From IMG/VR virus record IMGVR_UViG_3300048819_000142, positions 1-64,000 of that record: a stretch of 64,000 nt of DNA; one strand, 5' to 3'. This DNA comes from a virus (Duplodnaviria; Caudoviricetes). A model generated the notes under the pieces. The model saw only the letters and a list, made by a program, of their open reading frames with translations. It did not search any database and had not been told where the DNA came from. The stretch's first letter is position 1. Each line of letters starts with the position of its first letter. This document shows, one piece after another, positions 16,469 through 25,241 of this stretch. A program made the translations under genes and the position numbers.

Positions 16469-17982
16469 GATCGATTTTTCTTTCTCTCATTTTCGCAGGC
16501 ATGGCATGTGGCGCATGCGGCAACACGACCTACAACATTGCCCCTGCGTGGGGCAGTGGGACCGCTTACACGACGGGCCAGATGTCGGTATATTCGAGCG
16601 TCATCTACACGGCGTTGCAAAATGGCACGAACCACGAACCGGATACGAGCCCGACTTATTGGTTGTCTGGCGGTACCGGTTATACCTCATGGCTCCTCGC
16701 TGGCGAGCAGGCATATAGCGACTGCGGCGGGGCTGGCGTCGGCCCTTGCCTTGGCTCGGTAACGTTTCAGGGATATGGTACGACTTACAACGAAATCGTG
16801 TACGGTGGCAGTACGTACGGTTCGGTATGCCCTGGTTCCACCACTAACCGTATCGTCTATCAAGCCATACCGGGCACCGGAACGGTGACATGGAGCGCTT
16901 CGGCGGGAGCGCGAAATTACAGTTTCTCAAATGGTGGTCAGGCGCACGTGTCAATACTTGGAATTGCCATGAACGGTGCCTCACAGCAGGCCGTCTTCAA
17001 TCAGCCGGGAGCGGATGACCTGATCGTCAACGGAGCGACGATTTCGGCTCTCGGTACTTATTGTCTGTACATAGAATCGTACGGAAGTCAGATTCTCAAC
17101 AGCACGCTGAGTTGTCCGACTACCGGCATGATCGGGGCTGATCCCGGATCGGGCACGCACGGCACGACACGTTGGACTGGCAATACGGTCACCCTTACAT
17201 CCACGGGCGGAAGTTGTTTGCAATTTTCTTTGTGGGCTGAACCATCGACTACGGCGGGTAACACCTGCCATGCAAATGGAGGCACTTGGGGCATCCAGTA
17301 TGTCGGCAACGGATCTTCTTCGCCGAACATAACTACAGGCGTGATCAGCGGAAATTACATCGACGGAACGTGTGCCAACTACGGGATCAACATCAACACC
17401 GGAGCCATCATCGATTTGATCGCGAACAATATCGTGGTAGGTTGCAGGGGCAACCTGAATACGGACAACGGCGGCGGTGCGCGCCAGATCCTTTACAACG
17501 TCCTTGACGGATCAACGGGTGGACAGTGTGAAATTTCATTCGGTCTCAACTACCCGGTTCCTGTTGTGTCTGAAGGCAACGTGATGAGGTACCTCAACGG
17601 AAGTTGCGGGATGGAGGTAAGCCCTACGTCCATTTCGCAGGGCTTCACGTCGGATTATAACGACTTCTACCCGCTGGGAAGCTCGTTGCCTGTCAACAAG
17701 TGGAACAACACGACACCCTACACTTCGCTTGCTGCATTCACGAGCGCTACCGGCCATGATGCCCATTCCATTGCGACAAGTCCAGCGTTCGCGAATCCGG
17801 GTGGCGGCACTCCGCAGAGCTATGAGTGGTCGCTCGGTTCTCCGCTGCACGGTGCGGGAAGCGCACAGAGCGTTGTGACCGACTTCTTCGGAACCGGACG
17901 CCCGCAGAACGGGCTGTACGACATCGGCGCGTTTCAGTACCCGCTGGCGACGTTCATGCTGATAGGATCGATAGCGCGGTGA
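16465..17982 (+). CDS. Signal-peptide protein with CBM5/12-like module, right-handed beta-helix (pectin lyase-like) and choice-of-anchor-Q-like tail
   Basis: AWGSGTAYTTG..VY....Y.A......P..SPTYW; GN/N-I beta-helix repeats; TDFFG..RP....DIGAFQY. Confidence 0.75.
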   Translation: MRSIFLSLIFAGMACGACGNTTYNIAPAWGSGTAYTTGQMSVYSSVIYTALQNGTNHEPDTSPTYWLSGGTGYTSWLLAGEQAYSDCGGAGVGPCLGSVTFQGYGTTYNEIVYGGSTYGSVCPGSTTNRIVYQAIPGTGTVTWSASAGARNYSFSNGGQAHVSILGIAMNGASQQAVFNQPGADDLIVNGATISALGTYCLYIESYGSQILNSTLSCPTTGMIGADPGSGTHGTTRWTGNTVTLTSTGGSCLQFSLWAEPSTTAGNTCHANGGTWGIQYVGNGSSSPNITTGVISGNYIDGTCANYGININTGAIIDLIANNIVVGCRGNLNTDNGGGARQILYNVLDGSTGGQCEISFGLNYPVPVVSEGNVMRYLNGSCGMEVSPTSISQGFTSDYNDFYPLGSSLPVNKWNNTTPYTSLAAFTSATGHDAHSIATSPAFANPGGGTPQSYEWSLGSPLHGAGSAQSVVTDFFGTGRPQNGLYDIGAFQYPLATFMLIGSIAR

Positions 17983-18137
17983 TACTTTTCTACACCCTCC
18001 GCGCCGTCATGGGCGCGTTCGCGACCTTTCAGACTGTGCTGCTCGTCCTGATCCTCGCGGGCCGCGTCAAATAGCTTCCGCGCGGGCGGCGATAAGCGAC
18101 GGGACGAACTGGACCGTCACTGGAAAGTAGGTACTAC

Positions 18138-18293
18138 ATGAAATACAGGGTTTGGATTGACTACAAAGACGGCACGCACAAAGAAGCATCGGGCTTAACT
18201 TATGAGGCAGGTTTGGCATTACGGGCCGAATGGGAAGCACTTGGCCCTTGGGAAGATGCTGGCGTAGGACTGATCGGTCCGTTAACGGAGTAA
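18138..18293 (+). CDS. Small hypothetical protein (51 aa)
   Basis: Manual translation MKYRVWIDYKDGTHKEASGLTYEAG...LTE*. Confidence 0.5.
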   Translation: MKYRVWIDYKDGTHKEASGLTYEAGLALRAEWEALGPWEDAGVGLIGPLTE

Positions 18294-18342
18294 CTGACCG
18301 CGATGGACCCGACCCTCAATCCAACGCTGTTGAACGGCAACG

Positions 18343-19050
18343 ATGGCTAAAAAATACGGACTGAGCTTTGCCTTGCTCGTGCTTCCGATGTGGGGGCAGC
18401 AGTTCGACGCCGTGTTGGTTAAAAGGTCTGTGCGAGCAAATCAGGACTCTACTATATACGCGTACCCAGGCGGGCGCGTAGTAGGGGAGAATGTGACACT
18501 CCAGACCTTGATAAGGGTAGGGTACCGAGTCTCCACGGTCCAGATCCTGGGAGGCCCCAGCTGGATGGCATCAGAAAGGTTCGACGTGTTGGCCGTCGGT
18601 GGCAGTGGTAGTTCGTTAGCGTCAATGTCCGCGGAGATCAAGGCCATGCTTGCGGATCGATTCAAACTTGTCGTGCGTGAAGAATCAAGGGACGTGCCTG
18701 CTAACTCCCTAATTCCAGCCAAGGGTGGCTTGCGGTTGAAGCAGTCAACGGAAGGAGACGGCCGGCTGATGATAACTCGCCACTCCCTCAGCGGCCGCAA
18801 GGCTTCCATGGATAACGTCGCGAGAGCCTTGTCTGACTCACTTGGCATGCTGATCGTAGACCTCACAGGCTTCGTCGGGTTCACGGACATTGACATGCGA
18901 TGGTCGCTGCCGAGCGACGAGGTCAAGGACGACATGCCACCAGATGTCTATGCTGTACTTAGTGAGAAGTATGGGCTCGTGGTCAAATCAGGCAAGGTCC
19001 CAGCGCAAGTGGTGGTCGTCGACAGGGCAGAGAGACCTGGGGATAACTGA
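18343..19050 (+). CDS. TIGR03435-like (acidobacterial soil-associated) exported protein
   Basis: FDAV.VKRS, GGPSWM.SERFD, ML.DRFKL, VDLTG..G, VVVVDRAERP..N motifs. Confidence 0.85.
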   Translation: MAKKYGLSFALLVLPMWGQQFDAVLVKRSVRANQDSTIYAYPGGRVVGENVTLQTLIRVGYRVSTVQILGGPSWMASERFDVLAVGGSGSSLASMSAEIKAMLADRFKLVVREESRDVPANSLIPAKGGLRLKQSTEGDGRLMITRHSLSGRKASMDNVARALSDSLGMLIVDLTGFVGFTDIDMRWSLPSDEVKDDMPPDVYAVLSEKYGLVVKSGKVPAQVVVVDRAERPGDN

Positions 19051-19099
19051 CCCGACCTTTGCCCGACTTACAGCCCATTTGCTGTGTTACAATGATTAT

Positions 19100-19233
19100 G
19101 TGGGGATTATACCCCTAAAATCCACAATTAGAGCGGGCGCGTCCGCACTTAGCTCATGGGTAACGGCGCCCGCACTTAATTAAGAACAGTATCACAACCC
19201 TCCGGGGCCGGGTCATCCGGCCCCATTTTTCTT
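19100..19233 (+). ncRNA. Candidate small RNA of about 130 nt
   Basis: Extended -10 TG-T-TACAAT at 19085-19093, hairpins GGGG/CCCC and GCGGGCGC/GCGCCCGC, ends in an intrinsic terminator. Confidence 0.4.
19204..19233 (+). terminator. Rho-independent terminator
   Basis: GGGGCCGG-gtcat-CCGGCCCC followed by aTTTTTCTT. Confidence 0.85.
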
Positions 19234-19302
19234 CTGTCGCAAAATTCAGGTTTACTCCGAACCCCCACCCGTGGTATTATGGTTTGTAGGAGTTCCAGGA
19301 CT

Positions 19303-19644
19303 ATGTCTGTTAGCAGGAAAAATGTCCGCGTGGCCGCACGCGAGGCGATGATGAAGTTCGGGTATGACCCGCTTGAGACACTGGTGGTGTTTGCTCAGGA
19401 TTCGCAAACATCGAACGATACCAAGCTCAAGATCGCGGAGACCCTGCTTCCCTATATGTATCCCAAACTCTCCAACGTTACGCTGGAAGGCAATGTCGGA
19501 ACTACAGCTGTGGGTGAATCCCAGGCTGCACTCCTTCGCCGAGTGCTGGAAGATCCGGAACTTGCTGATGCCGCTCAGAGACTTAGCATTGCGGCCTCGA
19601 TGGCTTGCCTGGAGAACGACCTTGGTGACAGCACCATTCAGTAA
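19303..19644 (+). CDS. Putative terminase small subunit
   Basis: DPLE.L....K.AE.LLPYMYPKL..V pattern; lies upstream of TerL; TG-G-TATTAT promoter just upstream. Confidence 0.55.
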   Translation: MSVSRKNVRVAAREAMMKFGYDPLETLVVFAQDSQTSNDTKLKIAETLLPYMYPKLSNVTLEGNVGTTAVGESQAALLRRVLEDPELADAAQRLSIAASMACLENDLGDSTIQ

Positions 19645-19658
19645 AAGGAATATGTAGC

Positions 19659-19886
19659 ATGCCAAGAACCTTCGACATGTTGAACACTAACGGCGGTCAC
19701 ATCATCGTAGGCTTCGCACTACTTTTTGTGGGCGCTGGATTCTCAAAATTCGGCATCCCAAAGGGTGAGGACCTCATTGTCGTCGGCATGACCTTGATCG
19801 GTCGGGCAATGATGGATCAGCATGCTACCTGGTCGTCTGGCGGGAATCAACCTGCTAAGACAGAAGGAGCGACAGATGGACAGTAG
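19659..19886 (+). CDS. Small membrane protein (holin-like)
   Basis: Two hydrophobic segments, RBS. Confidence 0.55.
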   Translation: MPRTFDMLNTNGGHIIVGFALLFVGAGFSKFGIPKGEDLIVVGMTLIGRAMMDQHATWSSGGNQPAKTEGATDGQ

Positions 19887-20196
19887 CAGAAGGTTCGCAA
19901 ACCTTGTTCTTAAGCATATCAAGCGTGTCGGGGATATCCACGAGCACGACGAGGCGGGCAGACTTCTTGCCGAACTCGAAGAGAGGGATTATAAAAGCCC
20001 GAAAATGGCCGATGAGGCAGACGCATCGGTCGCAGAAACACCTCAACCGGGAGATGCAGGCACAGGCGAGGGCAAGGGCTTAGTAAGTCAGGAACCTGCG
20101 AATGATCCGCCGCCTCCTCCACCTCCGGCCGAAGAGCTTAAGGTAGAAGATCCAGCACAAGCCCCCCTGTTCCCCGACCAGCCGGCCGAGGGATAG
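19876..20196 (+). CDS. Acidic, Pro-rich hypothetical protein
   Basis: AGGAG RBS. Confidence 0.6.
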   Translation: MDSSRRFANLVLKHIKRVGDIHEHDEAGRLLAELEERDYKSPKMADEADASVAETPQPGDAGTGEGKGLVSQEPANDPPPPPPPAEELKVEDPAQAPLFPDQPAEG

Positions 20197-20222
20197 GTAC
20201 AAAACGAAAGAGGAAAAATCCA

Positions 20223-20801
20223 ATGAAGAAAGTAGCCACAGTAATCGTAGCAATACTCATCATGGTCTTCGCGCTGAGCGCTCAGACCACAACCACAGCG
20301 CCTACCACGACTCCGACAGCAGCTGTACCTGCCGCAACCAATGCCGCAACGCCGTCGCTCACTCTTCCGACATACGTGCTTGCCGGCGCCTCCTTCAATC
20401 AGATCGGGACTCCGCGCGTGAACCTCATTGCGGGCGCCATATACCCGAGCGGTTCGAGCACGGTCGAATACCTCGCCACGATCATCAACATCGTGCCCCA
20501 CAAATCCATTAACTCTGCGACAGGCAAGTCCTACTTTTCGTTCACGACCACGGCGCAACAGAGCGTGCACAAGATCGTCTATAAGTCGGGCAAGTTTGTG
20601 CTACTTGTTGGTGGTGGCGCCGGCGTGGCCTTTACGCAAGCATCGCCGACTGGGACTAACGCGGGTTTTGCGGGGTCATTTACCGCGACTCCTGTTTACC
20701 AACCTGCGCCGAAGTTTGGAATCGCATTTCCGATACAGGGGTTGTACACCGCCAGCGGATGGAACCTCGTTCCGACCGTGGCTGTAGTCTTTAGGCCGTA
20801 A
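20223..20801 (+). CDS. Exported protein with T/P linker and amphipathic beta-strands (outer-membrane beta-barrel-like)
   Basis: MKKVATVIVAILIMVFALSA signal; alternating hydrophobic strands; ends VAVVFRP. Confidence 0.65.
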   Translation: MKKVATVIVAILIMVFALSAQTTTTAPTTTPTAAVPAATNAATPSLTLPTYVLAGASFNQIGTPRVNLIAGAIYPSGSSTVEYLATIINIVPHKSINSATGKSYFSFTTTAQQSVHKIVYKSGKFVLLVGGGAGVAFTQASPTGTNAGFAGSFTATPVYQPAPKFGIAFPIQGLYTASGWNLVPTVAVVFRP

Positions 20802-21029
20802 GCATTTCCTTTACGAGAGGGGAAAACCATGAACCGAAGCCTGACAGTTGCGATGAGGCTAACAACCTCGATGGCTATTGCAGGCTTCGGATTCATTTTG
20901 AGAGTCAAACAGAAATTTCTTAGTATATCATATGTCAATTTGACTTTGTCAGTTGACTCTGAGAATGATCTCGTTTCGGAGGGGTCAACCTCGGTGGTAT
21001 ATTAGGTCATACTCTGGGCATAGGGAATT

Positions 21030-22712
21030 ATGATCGAACTTGGACCAGTCACGCAAGCACAACTAAGTGATCCGATCTTCTCGGATATCATGTGGAAATT
21101 GACGCCAGCCTCAGTGGCCGTGCGCCTTTCCGGTGGTTCCTACAAGACCTGGCCATACATCCAGTTGCTGTCTCGCAAGCTCGTCGATGTTGCTATGGGC
21201 AGGTGCAGGCGACTGATTGTTGTAATGCCTCCACGACACGGGAAATCGGAACTTGTTTCAAAGTGGTTCCCCGTCTGGTACATGGAGAACTTCCAGAGGA
21301 ATCGAATCATCCTCTGCTCGTACGAAGCGGAGTTTGCTGCCAAGTGGGGAGGCAAGGCTCGAGACATTATTGCCGACAACCAGGAAAACCTGACCGTTCG
21401 GTTCCACACGAAGAATCCTGCCATGCACAACTGGGAGACTTCGGAAGGTGGCGCGATGATGTGCGCCGGCGTCGGTGGTCCCATCACTGGTAAGGGTGCT
21501 AACGTCTTCATCATTGACGATTATGTTAAAAACAGTGAGGAAGCAAACTCCCTCACCATGCGTGAAAAGACGTGGGACTGGTATACGTCGACTGCTCGAT
21601 CGCGTATGGAGCCTGACGGAGCTATCGTCGTCATGGCAACTCGGTGGCATACCGACGACCTCATTGGAAAGATTCTCCAGAAAGAGCACGAGAACATCCA
21701 GCGTGTTGCTGAGGGTGACAAGAAAATTGAAATCGAGGGATGGGAAGTGTTCTGCTTCCCGGCCGAGGCTGAGCCCGACGCTGAGAGGCACTACCGCCAA
21801 TACGAAGTCAAGGTAAACGACTTGCGACTCGGCGCCGTTTCCACGTCTCCCGCAAAGAAGAAAAGTATCAGTGAAGTCCTTGGTGAGGAAACTCCGCAAT
21901 GGAAGGACGTACTTGGACGTTCCATTGGCGATCCTCTCTGTCCTGATCGCTACGACAATCGGGATCTTGCGAGGTTCAAGAGCATCAATCTACGTGACTG
22001 GTACGCACTGTTTCAACAGCGGCCTGGCGACGAGGCTGAGGACGGCAATACGTACCACCAGTTCGACGAGCGCTCGCATTGTAGGAGAATGTCGCGTGAT
22101 GAGCGCATGCAGCTCTTTGTTTCGATGGATTTCAACGTTGATCCGATGTGCACGGTCATCGGTCAATACGACCGTGGACTCGGTATCAGGCTGATGGAGC
22201 GTTGCGAAATCCTCGAGGAGATCATTCTTCCGAAGAGCAATACCCCAAACATGATGCCCAAGCTTATACAAGAGTTGCAGAAGTATAAGCGAGGGTACAC
22301 GCTTGAAATCGAGGTGTACGGTGATGCAGCAGGAACACAGCGTTCTTCGCAGACTCAGAAAACGAACTGGCAACTTGTTGCGGAGTATTTTTCGCTCGAT
22401 CCTTATATCCATTATCGGTTCATTCGCAGAAAATCGAATCCGATGATAGTAGATCGCGTCAATGCGGTCAACACCATGCTCCGTGCAGCGGACGGTACTG
22501 TTCGCATGTACGTCGACGACACCAGGTGTCCTGAGCTTGTTAAAGATTTCAAGAAGGTTTCTTGGCAAGTTAACTCTGATGGGACTAGCACGGGCCTGCT
22601 TGACAAAAGGGATCCGAAACGCACTCACATCAGTGACGCGCTGGGCTACATGGTAGAGTACAACTTCGCCCTGAGGGCAAAAGCCGGTGGAAGAAAAGGA
22701 CTCATGCAATGA
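21030..22712 (+). CDS. terL: Terminase large subunit (Terminase_6-type ATPase and RNase H-like nuclease)
   Basis: Walker A MPPRHGKS, Walker B IIDD, ATRWH..DL, SMDFNVDPM, HISDALGY. Confidence 0.95.
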   Translation: MIELGPVTQAQLSDPIFSDIMWKLTPASVAVRLSGGSYKTWPYIQLLSRKLVDVAMGRCRRLIVVMPPRHGKSELVSKWFPVWYMENFQRNRIILCSYEAEFAAKWGGKARDIIADNQENLTVRFHTKNPAMHNWETSEGGAMMCAGVGGPITGKGANVFIIDDYVKNSEEANSLTMREKTWDWYTSTARSRMEPDGAIVVMATRWHTDDLIGKILQKEHENIQRVAEGDKKIEIEGWEVFCFPAEAEPDAERHYRQYEVKVNDLRLGAVSTSPAKKKSISEVLGEETPQWKDVLGRSIGDPLCPDRYDNRDLARFKSINLRDWYALFQQRPGDEAEDGNTYHQFDERSHCRRMSRDERMQLFVSMDFNVDPMCTVIGQYDRGLGIRLMERCEILEEIILPKSNTPNMMPKLIQELQKYKRGYTLEIEVYGDAAGTQRSSQTQKTNWQLVAEYFSLDPYIHYRFIRRKSNPMIVDRVNAVNTMLRAADGTVRMYVDDTRCPELVKDFKKVSWQVNSDGTSTGLLDKRDPKRTHISDALGYMVEYNFALRAKAGGRKGLMQ

Positions 22713-23239
22713 GCAACAATGACGCCGTACTTCTTCGCAGACAAATTGCCGACGAGTTGAAAGATATTGACTCCCGGCGAGTGGTTCTTGTTGATCGACT
22801 CAGGACGATTGACGCAGCAGCTGACGCCGCTGCGAAAGAAGCAGACGCTGCCAAGGGTCTAACTAACGCCTGCAAGGGCCACTGGCGCGAAGATGACACC
22901 TGCTCATACTGCGGGTCCATGGGCGTTGCTCGAGCAATCGAGCTGCTCAAGACACAGGGCACTGCTTATAGTGGTGCCGACTGGAAGTACGGCTGGCCTC
23001 ACAAGTTCTACATTGGTCAGAAGAAGTTCTACCACAACCACCTTGAGGACGCGACTTCTGAGCAACTCGAGGAATATTCGAAGCTAAGCGACGAGCTCCT
23101 TGGTGTTTCCTGGGACAGCCACGAAGGGGAGATCAGGTATCGCGCAGTTCCCGGAATTCAAAAGTGGGGCGTCGTCGGTTCTGAAGAAGAAAAAGGCGCC
23201 GGAGTAATGAAGCAGGACGCCGAGAAAAAAGGAGAATAA
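22709..23239 (+). CDS. Hypothetical protein (CSYCGS motif)
   Basis: ATGA overlap with terL. Confidence 0.7.
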   Translation: MSNNDAVLLRRQIADELKDIDSRRVVLVDRLRTIDAAADAAAKEADAAKGLTNACKGHWREDDTCSYCGSMGVARAIELLKTQGTAYSGADWKYGWPHKFYIGQKKFYHNHLEDATSEQLEEYSKLSDELLGVSWDSHEGEIRYRAVPGIQKWGVVGSEEEKGAGVMKQDAEKKGE

Positions 23240-23240
23240 T

Positions 23241-23534
23241 ATGCAATGGGTAGGATTGGGCAAGGTAACAGTGGCGACGGCTGGTACACCGGTCAAGCTT
23301 TCTAACGTCACGTTGAAAGTTCATAGCGTCATCGTGACGTATGATCCTACGGATACGGGATCAATCTACGTGAAAGATTCCGGAGGAAACGTTGTCGCCG
23401 TTATGGGGGCCAACTCGACATCCCCAGTGATACTGGACAGTGGCTCTGGTCAGAATGCTATCGACTTATCGAAGTATTCAGTCGATACGTCCGTCAATGG
23501 AAAAGGACCCTACGTAGGCTATAGCCTCGGATAA
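23241..23534 (+). CDS. Small beta-strand virion protein (decoration-like)
   Basis: GKVTVATAGTPV composition, RBS. Confidence 0.65.
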   Translation: MQWVGLGKVTVATAGTPVKLSNVTLKVHSVIVTYDPTDTGSIYVKDSGGNVVAVMGANSTSPVILDSGSGQNAIDLSKYSVDTSVNGKGPYVGYSLG

Positions 23535-23537
23535 TTT

Positions 23538-23930
23538 ATGCCAGAGGAGAAGAACATGCTGTTCTACGTTGAGGCAATTCCCCACAAGAATCAGCGGTAC
23601 GAGACTTGTGGCGATTGGCAGTTTCTCCCGAACGGTCTGCATGTCAGTGTTTCTGACACTGGTGATCGTATGAGCAATATGCTCGTTGCTTTGCACGAGA
23701 TTGTTGAGGCGATCCTTTGCGAGGCTAATGGAGTCAGCGAGAAAGACGTGGATCGGTTTGACATGGAGTACGAGGCCAAGCGCACAGACTCCAGCCTTGA
23801 TGAGCCTGGTGATGAGCCCAGTTCTCCGTATCACAAGCAGCACAAGGTCGCGGACCTGGTAGAGAGAATGGTTGCTCTCCAGGCTGGAGTCAATTGGGAA
23901 GAACACAACGCGAGGGTTGAGGCATTATAG
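23538..23930 (+). CDS. HExxE metal-binding / metallopeptidase-like protein
   Basis: RYETCGDW...VALHEIVE...EPGD....PYHKQH..A..VE. Confidence 0.65.
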   Translation: MPEEKNMLFYVEAIPHKNQRYETCGDWQFLPNGLHVSVSDTGDRMSNMLVALHEIVEAILCEANGVSEKDVDRFDMEYEAKRTDSSLDEPGDEPSSPYHKQHKVADLVERMVALQAGVNWEEHNARVEAL

Positions 23931-25241
23931 ATGCGATTCCTAATGGTTTCGAATGTCGGCGAGGGTGCACACCTTCTTCACCAGATTCAGCTGGAGGGGA
24001 ATGAGGTGGAGCTGTACATCAAGGACAAGTCCTACTACAACGTGTGGGACGGCATGCTACCCAAGGTTGACAAGATTGAACCAAAGGAAGGAACGGTCGT
24101 CATCTTCGACTTTTCTGGCATGGGCGACATTGCCGATAAGCTTCGCGCTGACGGTTTTGCTACAGTTGCTGGATCAAAGTTTGCTGATAAGTTGGAACAG
24201 GATCGAATGTTCGGTCTGAACATGATGGAGAAGTGCGGAATTAAGGTACCCTTCACCATGGCGTTCGATGACTTTAGTGTGGATGAGGTGAAGAAATTTC
24301 TCGAGGAGCATGGCGGAGATGACAAGAGGTTCGTATTCAAGCCTTCAGGTAAAGATCTCCCATGTTCGCTGACGTACTGCTCGCATGACGATGCTGACAT
24401 GATTAAGTGGGTGGAGTACATTGACAGGTACTTCGCTAAGCGAATCGACTCGTTTGTTCTGCAGGAGTTTAAGAAAGGTGTTTGCGTCTCGACGGAGATG
24501 TGGTGTGACGGAAAGAAGTTCCTGCGCCCTGCTAATCACACTGTTGAGGTAAAGAAAGTTCTGAACTGTGAGTTGGGCCAGGCAACTGGTTGCGCCGGTA
24601 ATATCGTTTGGGCTGAGCACGATGATAACTGCAGAATCGTTCGTGAAGGAATCCTGCTCGCTGAGAAGCTGGTAGTTGAAGCAGGGCACGTTGGTCCGAT
24701 GGACCTGAATGCGGTTGTCAATGACGAGGGTGTGTGGGGACTGGAGTGGACTCCGCGATTCGGGTATGACGCCATGCCCACCCTTATTAAGATGATCAAG
24801 GGTGGTGTCGGTAAGTTCATGTCCGACGTAGCTCACGGTCAAGGTAGCAGGGTGGATATGATTGAGAAGATGGCAGCCGCAGTGAGGGTTACCATTCCGC
24901 CATACCCTCTTGAGGTCCACGACATCGAGGACGCCGAAAAAATCTGCCCGAACATTGGGATACCTATCAGGGGAGTTCCCGAGGGCAAGGAAGACAAGTT
25001 CTACTGGTTCGAGGTAATGGCTGAGGGAGACGACCTCGTCCATTCAATCGGCACTGGTGTCATTGCCGACGTCGTTGGTTTCGGCGACGATTGCTACGAA
25101 GCTTTTGAAGAACCCTACGAGATCCTCGGTGAGTTGATATTACCGAATAAGCAATATCGAACCGACCTGGATGAGTGCCTGAGCGAGATGTATCAGCAAG
25201 TGTGCGACCAGGAAGGAAATAAGATTGGGGAAGGTGAGTAG
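23931..25241 (+). CDS. PurD (GAR synthetase)-like ATP-grasp amidoligase
   Basis: LEQDR..G..M..CGI, FVFKP, LQEF..G..VS, LG.ATG.AG and LEWTPRFG parallel PurD motifs; lacks PurD GSGGREH. Confidence 0.85.
   Translation: MRFLMVSNVGEGAHLLHQIQLEGNEVELYIKDKSYYNVWDGMLPKVDKIEPKEGTVVIFDFSGMGDIADKLRADGFATVAGSKFADKLEQDRMFGLNMMEKCGIKVPFTMAFDDFSVDEVKKFLEEHGGDDKRFVFKPSGKDLPCSLTYCSHDDADMIKWVEYIDRYFAKRIDSFVLQEFKKGVCVSTEMWCDGKKFLRPANHTVEVKKVLNCELGQATGCAGNIVWAEHDDNCRIVREGILLAEKLVVEAGHVGPMDLNAVVNDEGVWGLEWTPRFGYDAMPTLIKMIKGGVGKFMSDVAHGQGSRVDMIEKMAAAVRVTIPPYPLEVHDIEDAEKICPNIGIPIRGVPEGKEDKFYWFEVMAEGDDLVHSIGTGVIADVVGFGDDCYEAFEEPYEILGELILPNKQYRTDLDECLSEMYQQVCDQEGNKIGEGE

Noticed and set aside
21030-22712. Intein or intron in terL
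   Set aside because: The extra segment is a short loop with no C/S...HN splice motifs; the ORF is continuous
23931-25241. Bona fide purD auxiliary metabolic gene
   Set aside because: Substrate motif missing, no pur context, located in the head operon
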